Positions 12,631 to 24,830 are shown, counted from the first letter of the stretch. The stretch is DNA of 64,000 nucleotides from Leptogorgia sarmentosa (GCA_964658305.1 OZ210885.1:20646001-20710000); one strand, 5' to 3'. Numbers and translations: made by a program. Notes: generated from the sequence alone by a model not told the origin.

Positions 12631-14186
12631 ATATACTCTGTGTTATATATAAACCGACAAAAAGATCGCGTCAGCGATGTCAGAAGGCATCCAGCATCGA
12701 GACACGGCAAATTGAAAGAAATTTTTCGTATTTTTCGACCTTTTCACCCGTTTTGTTGCCAAAAAACGTTGTATATATTTAGTAATACTATCCTAGAAGT
12801 AGGGGCTGCTAATTTTTAGCTAAGTTTGTTGGCAAGACGTTGATTTTTTCGACTTGTTTTAAGCCCCAATGAGTCATTGTTTACTTGCCAACTATGGTTT
12901 ACAAAGAAAAACCGTCTGAATCGGTTTTCTTTCTTTTTCTGACAGCGAACGCAATGCGATAAATTTTAGGAGCAAAACAGTTTGTTCCTACAATGTATTG
13001 CATTGCGTTGGCGATGTTTTTTAAATGTTTTTTTCTTGATTGCGTTCGCATTTATACTGGCACGGTTTGCAGAGGGGGAATGAAACTGACGTCCAAACCG
13101 CATAAACTTAACATAAAAGACTGGTACTGAGGCTTCGGCAAATGCCGTAACGGAAGTGACGTAATTGGCATAAGTAATTATGGTACGCAGTCGAGCGATG
13201 GCCACTTGTGAGCGATGCTCGTAATCGCTCATCCCCTCATGAGCACATTCTCATTCTCGTCATTCTATACAGGGTGTATCAAAAAAAAGTTTACTGATGA
13301 AAAACATTGTCTACACTAACGAGCGCTCAAAATTTCCAAAAACGTTCGGTTAGCATGGGTAGTTTAACACCCTCTGGTATATCTAGCACTAAGTTTGTTT
13401 TAAAAACAACTTTTTTAGAATGGGAAATGTGGTTACTGAAAGGCAGATTAAAACGGCTTGCGCGGAAAAAATTAGTTTTCTTTACAATTTGATTGAGTTG
13501 GATGAAAATATGGAGTATGATATACAAGCTATTCAAGTTTTGAGAAATTTGGTGAATGCTGAGATGAACGTGCAATGTCCGAAAACTGGATTTTGCGTTC
13601 TTTCCTGCCTGATTACTGATTAATTTATGCATAATTGGATATTTAAAAATCCAGTTTTTTTGTCTCAGCGTGCACCAAATTTCTCAAAACTTGAATAGAT
13701 TGTATACATACTCCATATTTTCATCCAACTCAATCAAATTGTGTGAAGAAAACTTATTTTTTCTGTGCAAGCCGTTTTTAATCTGCCTTTCAGTAACCAC
13801 ATTTCCCATTCTAAAAAAGTTTGTTTTTAAAATAAACTTAGTGCTAGATATACCAGAAGGTGTTAATGCACATGTCATCTGCCATCCCCTGGGTGGGGAC
13901 CCCGGGCTAATTGTATAGAATGTGGTGATTTATCCGGGGGATTGATTTGTTTTCCCCCTTGTCTCCACAGGGAATTTAAAAAATTGTATTACATACGGTC
14001 CCGAGACATGGGGAGAATGCGGGGGATTTGCTAGAAACACAATAGTTAATATGTCATGACGTACTCTCTCGCGCTAGTCCAGGTGGGCACAGTGTGGGCA
14101 CAGAATTCCTTGCTCTGAGCGTGTGTGTCTGTTTCCTGCGGAATTGATTTATATTTTTCGCTAATTGTATCGGTATTGATTACAAC

Positions 14187-15587
14187 ATGGAAGGGACAGC
14201 AGAGAAAAAAGGCAAAAAGCTTCAGAAAACGTTACAATTTGGACAAAATAATCAACTGATTTTGGGACCAGCACAGGTATTCATACATGGGTAGAAAATA
14301 AAGCCTATATATTTCTATGAGATATCTATAAACAATTCATTTGTTAAATGTGTATGATTGTACTACCAGACTAGGAATTGCATGACCAAGTTCAGATCTT
14401 GTGTGAGTGAAATTAAATGTTTGGAAATGTTGAATATTAAAACAACAAATCATCTAAATTGCTGCAAAGGTCTGCCTGCTATAAAGTTAGTTGTTAACTT
14501 TGCCATTCCAAAAGACTTACCAGTATATTAAAGTATGCTTTCCATTATGAAGCCCAACAATTGAACATATCAGTTATTATAACACAGGTTCAAATGTTCC
14601 AATTTGTTCATCAGAACCTCATATGAATATGGTATATTCCAAAACATTGACAAATGAAATATTATCATAGCATTTTAAAAGTAGAAATCTCTGAAATTGT
14701 ATTTTCCCTTCCAAAATCACACTGTGGTTGTCACTCCTCAATTAAAAACAAATTAACAAATTATAATTTTAAGGAGGATGAAATTACAGCAACATCTTCG
14801 AAAATCTCAGTAGATATCACCCCTGAAGAAATGGAAAAGAAATGTGTAATCTTCAAATGTGAAAATCTATCTAACTATCAGAAAGCTGTCAATGATGCAG
14901 CCATTGAGTTAGCCAAGAAAGATGGTTCATTTTTACTAAATAAAGGCAAGTTATTTGAAATGGCAAGAGAAAAGGTTTTTGCCGATGGTTACCCATTATG
15001 CGAAAAAAGAGTCACGATCAAAATATTTTGGTGCTGCGTCTAAGGCTCCAAAAGCTAAGAGGAAGTATACTTCGGAAAGTATTCGCAGTTCTCGTATACA
15101 AGATATCCAAGAGTCAATAACATCCATCACTGATACAATCAATCTTCTCATTCAACAAAAACAGCAGTATGTGAACACCGAAAAGTTTTTGCAAGCAGCT
15201 GAAATCAACACAAGCATACTGGAAAAAAACAAGGCAAAGCGTGATCTAGAAAGGGAGCTGGCTAATCTTTCAAAGGCAAAGAAAAGGTCAAAAGATTACC
15301 ATGTGGCAAAGAAAAAGATGCGCAGAAGTTCAAAAGGATCTTCAAGTCAATCTTCATTGGGAGAGGAAGCTCAGAAAAGCAGTGAAAGTGGTGACACAGA
15401 GGCGTTTGTATCTAGCAATGATGAAATTGGCCCATCATTCACCTCAGGGGGCAGCGATGATGAATTTGACTCGCCATCCACCTTAGTGCGTCAGAATGCA
15501 ATGCCATTTAAGGAGTTGCAAGCATTGGTTCGTGAAGAGCCAGCACCTATTGAAAAGAATGAAAATTTTCCCCAAGATCCACAGTAA
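14187..15587 (+). pseudogene. ORF1 of element A: basic/coiled-coil accessory protein, spliced, one frameshift
   Basis: Exon 14187-14276 (MEGTAEKK..PAQ|gt); main exon from about 14774 (YQKAVNDAAIELAK..KGKLF..SRSKYFG..coiled coil); homologous to element B ORF1. Confidence 0.65.
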
Positions 15588-15843
15588 CTCAAATTAAGAC
15601 AGTTACTGTGGAAACTAATAACTTGTTGCTAAGAAAAGACGAACTGATAGCAAAGTATAAACGTTACCTAAAACAAGATCTTACGTCCGAATGCAAGGTT
15701 AATGACGATATGTATGTTACACTTGTTAAAGACCTAAATTTAGAGGAGTTTATTTTTTCATTAAAATGTTATTGTTCACTTTATCATAAGGCAGGATGTG
15801 GGAAATGCCAGTCTGCACTGAACGCTGCATCTTGTTTGATTAA

Positions 15844-16525
15844 GGTTACAGGAGACCCTACACGCAGGTTTCGGGAGATTTACCATTACTCGGCGAATTT
15901 TTATCCAATTTCTCTCAAATTTTCTCCAAATATAGTCAGATAGATGAAAAAAAACATAGGGTTATAAAATATATCAGAAAGAAATAACTTTCCTGAATAT
16001 TGTTACAAGTTTAAGTTTATGGGACCTTCGCGCGGCGAGCTATGTTAGATGTAGGTTTCACTAAAATCCTGTCAATCTATCATTTTTACTCTTCTCGAGT
16101 ATTGCACTAAAAAAGGGTGTTCGCATTTTATCGTTGCTTCAGGGGTTACATAGCTAAGACATGTTCTTTCCCGACCTTTGTTATATTGCAACGAATGCAC
16201 GAAAAAAATCTGTAATTTTGCAACGAAAGGCTTGTAAAACTCGTGCGAACACCCTTTTTTAGTGCAATACTCGAGAAGAGTAAAAATGATAGATTGACAG
16301 GATTTTAGTGAAACCTACATCTAACATAGCTCGCCGCGCGAAGGTCCCATAAACTTAAACTTGTAACAATATTCAGGAAAGTTATTTCTTTCTGATATAT
16401 TTTATAACCCTATGTTTTTTTTCATCTATCTGACTATATTTGGAGAAAATTTGAGAGAAATTGGATAAAAATTCGCCGAGTAATGGTAAATCTCCCGAAA
16501 CCTGCGCGTAGGGTCTCCTGTAACC
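15844..16525. mobile_element. Palindromic TTAA-specific MITE (Kolobok-type termini)
   Basis: TTAA|GGTTACAGGAGACCCT ... AGGGTCTCCTGTAACC|TTAA; near-perfect arms of about 285 bp. Removal restores ...SCLIKQGIVPLA. Confidence 0.9.
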
Positions 16526-18477
16526 TTAAGCAAGGAATAGTTCCTTTAGCTACCTTGTATAGAGAGCATTTTGGAAATAACTATAAGTCGGATAAAGCCA
16601 TTTGACGGATAATACAAATGCCTGTTGTTATATTTCGAGCATTTGGACAGCTCTTTGTTACTGAATTTGTAAATGGTGTAGATTTCCCGAAACTAGTTAA
16701 CATTGTTTCAAAATTTGTTCCTGTGAAACGCATAAACGGTGGTCTGAACAAAGAAAGTTTGAGATTACTTTGTGAACTGGCAAGTACCGAAAAAGACCGA
16801 CGACTTATCCGTGTAGCAGCAAGTCAGGGACAATCGGCAAGTGCAGCGATATTGAAGCATATGCTCATGAGAATCGTATTGGCGCAGATTCCTGGCGCCG
16901 AACAGGAGTTTTGAGTTTCACTGGTAACGTGAGAAGAGGCCCCAAAATAACTTACAATCGCATCAAAGCCCACCTCGAAAACAAGTATGGAACAAAGTTT
17001 GGCTATGGGACAATCGTACAGTTATGTTGTGCCAAAAACAAAAGAAAGCTGTCGTCACAAAGGTACTTTGGTGCAGCCAAGATTGTATCAAAACGTGCAC
17101 GGAAGGACTTTAGTATCAAGTTAAATATAGATGCCCACTGGAGCTGTGCTTTCTATAAGGCTCTTGATTATCTTCAATTGAAAGATGGCTTGGATAAGAC
17201 TGTTCTTAATAGAGATGATGCGGCCGGTTTCCGCTTAGACAGTACTTTCACCCACAAACAACATAAAGTCCTTTCTGAAGTAGGAAAGCCAGAACTTACG
17301 ACTTATACTGATTTTGTCAACAAGTACACTTCTAAACTGCAGACTACGTCGTATATGTTCCTTGGATCCCAAACAACTCCAGAAGTGTGCGCTGGTGTAG
17401 TTAAGGCCTCCCTTGTTCATGAAAAAAATCCTGCGCAACATGCCGCTGACCTAGAGATGTTGGGAAAATTCGAAGAAACATGTTTTTCGATAGCGAAAAG
17501 TATCGAGTGTGTACGCGTAGATGGAGCTACGGACGAAGGTCCGAGCCACGTTGAGGTTCAGTTCATGTGGACGGAAAGGCACATTAACCATAGCAAGCTT
17601 TGTACACTGGTTACCGCTCGCTTTGCAGGAGGCAGTTACCTGAATAAAGTAGAGTTGCAAAATGGTTGCTTGGCTCTGGGACATTCCAATTTATTCATTC
17701 CATCCACAATTAATGGTTCTAATTTCGATAGTAATCGAAAATTGGACAAGACAAAACTGAAACAAAACCTGGAAGCAGCGATCGATGTCTACATTAGCGC
17801 TGTTAATGGCTCCCCGTGTGGAGGTAAACCAATACATCTGGTAAAAGGAGCGCAAGATGAACTATCCAAGACATATCAAGAGAGAAGGCAAAGATTGATT
17901 ACCTTTTTGCGTGGTACCAAGAAGAAAAAAGATGGAGCTAAAGGCTGGTTATCCAGAGGAATACAAGTATTTTTCAAAGGTTTTAGACGTGCAGAGACGA
18001 CATATGGTTCCAAATCTGCCTTCTAATTATGTATTTATGTTGCGTCTATGCTACCAGAAGGTTTGTATCCACCCTCTTTGTGCTGCTGGACGTCCTGAGA
18101 AAGAGCCTCTGTGGTTTAAAGATGGGCCTCCATTATCGTATCTACCCTTGCCTATACCAGACCCAGAAAGAACTTGCATGGGACCATGTGTAGGCCATTA
18201 CCTCTTTCCAGAGAAAAATTGGAAATTGGTTAAAGCTAATAGACCTGAGGAAAACAAGCCAGTTCAACCACCTCGACAAATCCTTGGTGAGTTTTGCAAG
18301 GAAAACGCTGGCTTCTGAAAAGAAGATGTACAACGTTTTGCCAGGAGGTGTCTTTTAAGTGAAGAGGACGTGGAAATGTGGCTGACAAATATACAGACGA
18401 TGAAAAAGAAGCAGAAGAAGAAGCAGAGGAAACAGAACAAACAAGTAGTTGAAAGTACGTCGTATTCGCACGATGTA

Positions 18478-18602
18478 TAGGGCGTCCCCCAAAAAGCTAA
18501 CATACAAGTTCAAAAACGATGAATTTCAAAGCATTACAATAAGTAGTTTGAATTAACATGCTAATTTGAATTGGAATGCTAGCCATTTTTGGGGATACCC
18601 TG
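18478..18602. mobile_element. 125-bp Tc1/mariner-type MITE in an intron of element A
   Basis: TA|TAGGGCGTCCCCCAAAAA ... TTTTGGGGATACCCTG|TA. Confidence 0.6.
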
Positions 18603-19613
18603 TATATAATTGTGGATATGTGCGCTATTATTATTTTGCCTATGCCTCCCCATTAATATAACATTATTAACGAATATTATATTAAACTTTTAGTCATTGA
18701 AAAGCCCGAAGAAGACGATGAGGTGCATTGTTTTTGCTTTCAGCCCTTACCAGATGACAGGTACTACACGCCATAAAAACTCTTGGTGTGAAAACCACAA
18801 TAGGCAGCTCATCAATTAATATATATTCTTTGAATAATGTTAATTTCTCTGAAGACTGAACACTGTCTTCTACACAATATTTTTGTGGTTTGAATCAATG
18901 ACTGATTGGAACATTCAAGCTACATTCAACATTTGACAAAACTTTTAATTTCTCTTCGTGATAAATATTTTTAATTTTATGATACAGTGCGATGGATGTG
19001 ACACCTGGTTTCATGGTTCGTGTGTGGGTGTAACTGAAGATGAAGCAGAATTATTAGACAATTACTGTTGTGAATTTTGCAGATAAACACTATTTTATGT
19101 GTGTTGTTAGTATAGGTAATCATGTGTGGGCGAGTCCAATTTGGCAAAATTTCCAATTATAAGGGATATTCACTTTTGAAAATTGAGAAATAGATTTGGT
19201 TTTGTTCTTAATAGTTTAAAAATTGCAACTTGCAATCAAAATTTGTACAGTACATACAAATCACTCAGTTGAAATTATGTTGATATTGAAGCTAAATAAA
19301 ATGGTAAACGGTAGTACAACGGTAATGTCTTTTTAAAGGTTGTTGTTGGGGAGGGGGAATACCCAAATTTTGATCTTTTTTTCCCGACGAGGGAGGGGAA
19401 ATATTTCTACTTTGATTCAAGCCATTCCCTGGAGAATAGGAGAATTTTTTACGAAGTTCCCTTCCTCGCCCGGGGTCCCCACCCAGGGGATGGCCGATGA
19501 CATGTGCATAACTACCCATGCTAACCGAAAGTTTTTGGAAATTTTGAGCGTTATTCTCTCGTTAGTTTAGAGAATGTTTTTCATCAGTAAACTTTTTTTT
19601 TATACACCCTGTA

Positions 19614-20680
19614 TTAATGTTCGTAAGTTAGTCTGTAACAATAAACATAATCAACCTTGCTAAATGTGGCACAAGCTATCCTCGACAAAGGCTTTTTAAA
19701 ACTAAAAACTGCATTCAAAATGGTTAGCCCGGACGTAACATACACTGCGCTGCATGTGCGAAGAAAGTTGCTCCAAATGCTGCTTGTGAGTCTAGGAATT
19801 GGGGATCAAAAGAAAGGCAATTATTCCATATATTTAGTAGAGAAACAATGTTCAGTCCAATATAAGGTTTTGCAATCCCTTCTAAACAACTGGATTAATT
19901 GCCATGAGAGGAATTCGTCCGTACTCAATTTAAGAAAGGACTCCTAAAACTTGCAGAGTCGAGCGGAGAACGACAATGCTTAAAATACGCCAATCACTAA
20001 AGCAGCTGGTATGTCAAGTTTGCGGGCAAAAGTTGTGTATGGTTTTAATGATATGTCGTCTAAAATTAGTGAAGTAGAAAATGCTCCTGAAGAGGCTGCC
20101 GCTATTCATGATGCGATTGAGAATATAGCGAAGGTTAAAGACCAGGCAATTCTGCATTCCCTTGGCATCTACGATACTACAGTTGAAAATGAAAGCGACG
20201 ACTCTGATGGTAGCGAAACAGATAGTGACGCTCCTGACGATGGTATATTATGTGGAGTTAACAGTGGTTCTGTGGCTGCAAATAAGGATGAGGCTCAAGT
20301 TATGCGATTTGAACAGTTTGGCAGAAATGCGTCTGCAGAGGAAACTGAGACAAGCATGATGGATGATGACCAACTTATAGACATCCTTCATTGTTGCGAT
20401 CTGAATTGGATTGAGTTTGTTCGTGTTGTAACTGGTATGCAAGAAAACAAAGAACTAAATTTGACTGAGAACGTGCTTACTGAATTTGCAAGAAAGCTAC
20501 CGAGTTTGAATTTAAATGACCAGGAGAAGGATTTGATCGATCAATCAAGACAGGCATATCTACTTCAAAAATGGCGCAAAGACAAAGAGGATGACGTGGA
20601 TAATGGTTTAGTTGTTTCTGAATCCGATAGTGATGATCCAACTTAACTGTGCCAGGTGCAAGACCCATTAGATGCTACAG
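19614..20680 (+). pseudogene. N-terminal region of a Zator-like ORF2 (non-catalytic part), inverted
   Basis: NVAQAILDKGFLKL..RRKLLQMLLV aligns by eye with element A NAASCLIKQGIVPL..RIIQMPVV; stops and frameshifts present. Confidence 0.5.
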
Positions 20681-20793
20681 CAAGGTGGTGTATAATTGAT
20701 GTAAACTGAACCCTTCAAATAACCAACTATGTGTGTCACTGCTTAGTGTTTTAAATTGGAACAACGGTCGATGTGTCTGATCAATGTACTTCT

Positions 20794-23581
20794 TTATAAG
20801 TTCTGAATACCCTCCTGTTGATTTGCTTTCTTTACCGGAGGGACGTGGGGAAAATCCTGCCCTCTTTGACTGGCAGGAATTTCATCACTTGAAGTTGGAG
20901 AATCTCTACCATCATCAGACACAACAAGCGTGTCGTGGCTGTCATCAGAGAGGATAAGCGTGTCGTGACTTTCGTCAGTGCTACTCGAGGCTGACGAGCT
21001 CTTCTTCAATAAAGATGGGATTTTCGTCTGGCTATCCGAACCCTTGCTTTTGTCAACGATATTTTCTTTCTTTGTTTTCTTTCTGTACCAAGCCGATTTT
21101 GCCTCTTTCATGAATGCCGATAGTTGCCTTTCTACTTCTGCCCGCTCGGTTCGGGCTTTTATCATCTCGGCGCTAATTGAATCACACTGCTTGAAGTTCT
21201 TTATGCAACGTTCTTTATCCAATTGCCGTTCTTTAAAACTGAGGCGATCGGTCAACGTTTGTAGATTCTCTTCCAAAAGCTTGATTTCACGGGATCTCTC
21301 TTCAGAATTTATTTTAGCTCTTTTCTTGGCGGGACCTTCAGAGGCACTTTTGCTCCTGGACTTCCCGTTCACATATGGAATAACCATCTGACATAACCTT
21401 TTCTTTGCTTTGTTCAATAAATTTCCTTTAAAAAATATATATGTCATACATAAGTACTTGTATTTTTCTCTGGTGTGTAATGTTTGGGAGGGTTATTGCC
21501 ATGTTTTGCATTTCTTTGTTTCTCAAGTGAAGTTTCTTGACTTTAGGTGACTCCATACAGTTTCTTGAAAATTGGAAAACAAAGTACCTCTATCCAGTAC
21601 AAGCAATGGTTCTTCCATGGCAAGTTTGCATGCTTCATTATCTACAGCTGCTTGCTATTTTGTTATTGTTGCATCATCTGACCCTCGGCCAAATATTTTC
21701 GACTTTTTTTTAATGACTTCATCTGTTGGTGCTGTAAATGTACTTGTGTAATCCTACAAAATAAGGTATCATAGGCATACACAAGGTATCCAATTTGAAA
21801 AAAGAACTAAATATGACAGACTACTTACAGTTATTGGGGTACCAAGACTCAAGAGGTCAGGGTATACTGAGTTGCTCTTCTTTTCGTTGCAACAAATCAT
21901 TTGTGACAATACCTGGAATGTTTTTAAATATTGCAAGGTTACATATGATAGGCGCGTGTGATAGAAAAACTTTCTCTGCTCAGTCAGTTAACTGAGTTTC
22001 CTCAAATTTGGCAATAAGATTGCAAACATAAACAATCTAAGATTGTTCCAAATATCTAGGATTATGATCAATACTATGTACCTTTTTGACTGCTGTTCCA
22101 ATCCTCATGTGTGGACAGCAACATTAGTACAGTATTTCTTTCAATAAAAGGAAGATAATCTTTGTCGACCTCAGTGCCATCTTCCTCAAGAACTACTCTC
22201 ACATTTGCAGTGGATTTCAAACCAAGTTTTTCAATTCCTAAATTTTTAAATGGCTGATTTTTAATCACTGGTGTATCCTATCCTTTTTTTGTTTGCATTA
22301 ATTAATGCAGTTAAATATTATGTTATATATACAGGGTGTATAAAAAAAAACGCAATCCAAGTTTAAGGCTTCATAACCAAAATAATATAGATTTCCATGT
22401 CTTAACTTTTAGTTCATGTTTTAGCCCTATCTTTTTTCTACTCAATAAGTGGTCGATTGTGACTTTTTATGCCATTTAGGACTTCAAAATAAGTGATTTA
22501 CTGCAAGCAGTCATTTTTAGATGCTTCGAATTCGACGTTCTTAATTCCGAAGAGGACGTTATCGTTGCATGCGAATATTTTGTTTGAAATATTTTCGCTA
22601 AATAATTTTAAAGTCTTAGGCATCATGCCACAGCTCACTACAGCAGAAATAACTTTTATAGTTGAAGGTTACTTTGTAACAAAAAGTATTCAGGAAGTTT
22701 TAAGATTGTTTCGAATAGCTTTCCCGGATCGACAAGTCCCAAATTCGACGACCGTTTGGCGTAACGTACTTAAATACCGGCAGATACAGCTTGAAGCAGA
22801 TGCTTTACATGGAAATCATGAACTGATAAGAAGAGTTGCACGGGAAATGCAACGTCGAAGTGATTTGTGTGTGGTGAGAAAGCCAGGCCACGTTGAATGA
22901 TTGTAACCAACTAAAGTTAAATTTTTAATAAATTCAAGCTATCTCAAATTTTAAATTGTCCAATCACACTTACTAAAAATATCATTACTCGCTCATTTCC
23001 AACTCAAATTTAACAAACAAGCAGTCTTAAGAAAGCGGAATGATAGAGCTTTCTAACGGTGGTAAATATAGCCTATTTTCTAATACTTTTCGTTATGAAA
23101 ATTGCATTTGAACGTAGGATTGCGTTTTTTTTTATACACCCTGTATATATATGTATATATATATATATGTATATGTAAATATGCGACCCCACCCCAAATT
23201 TCGAAGCCAGCTAGCAAAATATTAAAAGTGTACAAATCATTGAAATGATCAAGACAAGTCATCAACTGTAGCTATTAAAATGACACTACTATCAAATAAA
23301 TTATTATGAATTTTCTGAAAGTGGGGTATATACCAATATTGGAAACACACAAACACTGAAACACATTCGTATATTTTAAAAAGGAACACATTTCAAGTAT
23401 CTTTACTTATCAAATCGTCAAAGTTATTTACAACAACTGTCACCTTTCTTGAGCGGGTTGCGTTCCATACTTTATACGGCTTTAACTATTTTAAACAAAA
23501 AACATATAGGTTGGTATTTGTAAATTCCTCTACAAAAAATGAATAATTCATTGCTTAATTTACCTCAAGTTGATCCGCCAT
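20794..23581 (-). pseudogene. ORF1 of element B with N-terminal CIDE-N domain, multi-exon
   Basis: Exons 23581-23564 (MADQLE), 23485-23401 (LKPYKVWNATRSRKVTVVVNNFDDLISK) and 22237-22082 (GIEKLGL..VRVVLEEDGTEVDKDY..NTVLMLL..W). Later exons include QAAVDNEACKLAME and KGNLL..GKSRSK..coiled coil. Confidence 0.75.
22332..23143 (+). mobile_element. Internally deleted mariner-like element (DUF4817-type HTH) in an intron
   Basis: TA|CAGGGTGTATAAAAAAAAACGCAATCC TIRs. MPQLTTAEITFIVEGYF..FPDRQVP N-terminus is fused to the C-terminal RRSDLCV..GHVE. Confidence 0.85.
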
Positions 23582-23841
23582 TGTTGAAGAAACATACATG
23601 TGACGACCGATTTGGTACCAGGCCATGGGCTGGTCAGATGTCCCCTGTCTTACACACAATATCATGAAATGTCCCCTATCCCGGGCTGTCATTGGTGAGA
23701 AAAAGCCCGACCCTGGGAATGAGACATGTTGTCAAATCCCCTATTGTTGCCCCCCCCCCCCCCTCGGGCTTAACATTGATTCATGCATTACAGCAGAGTA
23801 TTAAAATCGTTAAAGTCTGCTATACAAAGCACTCAAAGTTT

Positions 23842-24830
23842 TTAGGGTATAATGCAATTTAGTACAGTCATGGACTTAGCAAACAACAAATTAGAAGTCC
23901 ATGGCATTGAAACACACAAGTTTTTAGTCCATTTTGCTTTTTTTACAAGTGCCAGTGTCATCCGCACATGCTTGGATGTAGCCACTGTCGTTACTACACT
24001 GAACTGCATATTCACTAACTTTTCGGTGGACATCCACTCTCAAGCTAGACTTGGATGTCAGGATGTCTTCCATATCCTCTTCACTTGGCAAGTCCTTGAG
24101 CTCAGTCCAATTGAATAGATGCATTATGACCTAAATCAATTGAGAGTAAACTGCTACTTTAATTTATCGTAATGAACCACACACACGAATGAGTGAAAAA
24201 AATAATACAACACAAATGTAAGCATGGCGAATTTTTCACACAAAGATGCACTGTCAAGCTATTAGAATTACCCTAGGTGGTATTGTGATAACGTAAACAT
24301 CAATATTATGTAACAAGCAAACGATGAGTAGTCTAGGTTAATATTTTCTCCTCCTAAATTTTCTTACCTGGGTAAAGGCAGTATGCCATTGATGTTTTGG
24401 TTAACTGAGCAAAACCATACAGAGTGCTTCGGGCCTTGCACTATTTGTCATGAACATGGCCTTGCATATGTTGCTCTCTGGCAGAGCTCCAACCATTGTC
24501 GGCTCTTCGATCAAAGTGATCTTACCCTTGATCGAAACTATTGGCAACAAACCATCGTTTATATTTAACCTCAGGATTGAGGCTATATCGTAGGTAAATG
24601 GTTTCAGTGCGAACTGTTGGCATGCGTCATGCGCCATGTGTGTCGTTTGATCCAGGCGGATTTCCTTATATGTTGACTTATTTTCATGTCCTTTTTTCAG
24701 GCTAAACTGACTTATTTCGTACGTCTTGTGTAGTTTTATTGTCTCGTAGAGTTTGCTGTTGAAGCAAACTGCCCGTATGTTGGATTCTGTGTCCTCGTTT
24801 ACCACGAGGATCGTGGATGTGAGTATCTGA
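23842..24830 (-). pseudogene. Possible OB-fold (RPA-like) protein fragment, spliced; copy at 32112-33100
   Basis: IRAVCFN..KTYEISQFSLKK..EIRLDQTT..VSIKGKI resembles OB-fold beta-strand patterns; donor CAG|GTAAG near 24368. Confidence 0.35.

Larger units (their letters stand above)
15608..19086 (+). pseudogene. ORF2 of element A: DD43E transposase with C-terminal PHD finger
   Basis: NRDDAAG, VDGATDEGP and GGSYLNKVE, with 43 aa between the second D and E. Exons 18694-18760 (VHCFCFQP) and about 18976-19086 (MIQCDGCDTWFHGSCVG..YCCEFC*). Disrupted by a MITE, a deletion and frameshifts. Confidence 0.8.
13867..19508 (+). mobile_element. Zator-like DNA transposon A (TGCA termini, two ORFs)
   Basis: 41-bp TIR TGCACATGTCATC(T/G)GCCATCCCCTGGGTGGGGACCCCGGGC with 1 mismatch; TAA on both sides; DD43E transposase inside. 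Confidence 0.85.
13270..19611. mobile_element. Family-1 foldback MITE, second copy, split by Zator-like element A
   Basis: Same arms as 498-1271; TA flanks; the right arm is interrupted at GGTGTTAA|. Confidence 0.9.
19614..23787 (-). mobile_element. Zator-like element B (5' part, rearranged, 3' truncated)
   Basis: Minus-strand terminus TAA|TGCATGAATCAATGTTAAGCCCGAGGGGG; ORF1 homologous to that of A; the ORF2 N-terminal part lies inverted at 19614-20680. Confidence 0.65.

Noticed and set aside
866..13918. Short ORFs in MITE arms and antisense to TE genes (e.g. 866-1048, 13307-13918; likewise 25050-25671, 48033-48774)
   Set aside because: They lie in non-coding repeats, frames differ between copies, and no domain motifs are recognisable.
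23144..23176. (TA)n microsatellite as a separate feature
   Set aside because: Short expansion of the mariner TA target site.
22082..23581. Host DFFA/DFFB/CIDE orthologue
   Set aside because: No CIDE-C, DFF-C or nuclease domain follows; downstream exons match the transposon ORF1. No gene symbol assigned.
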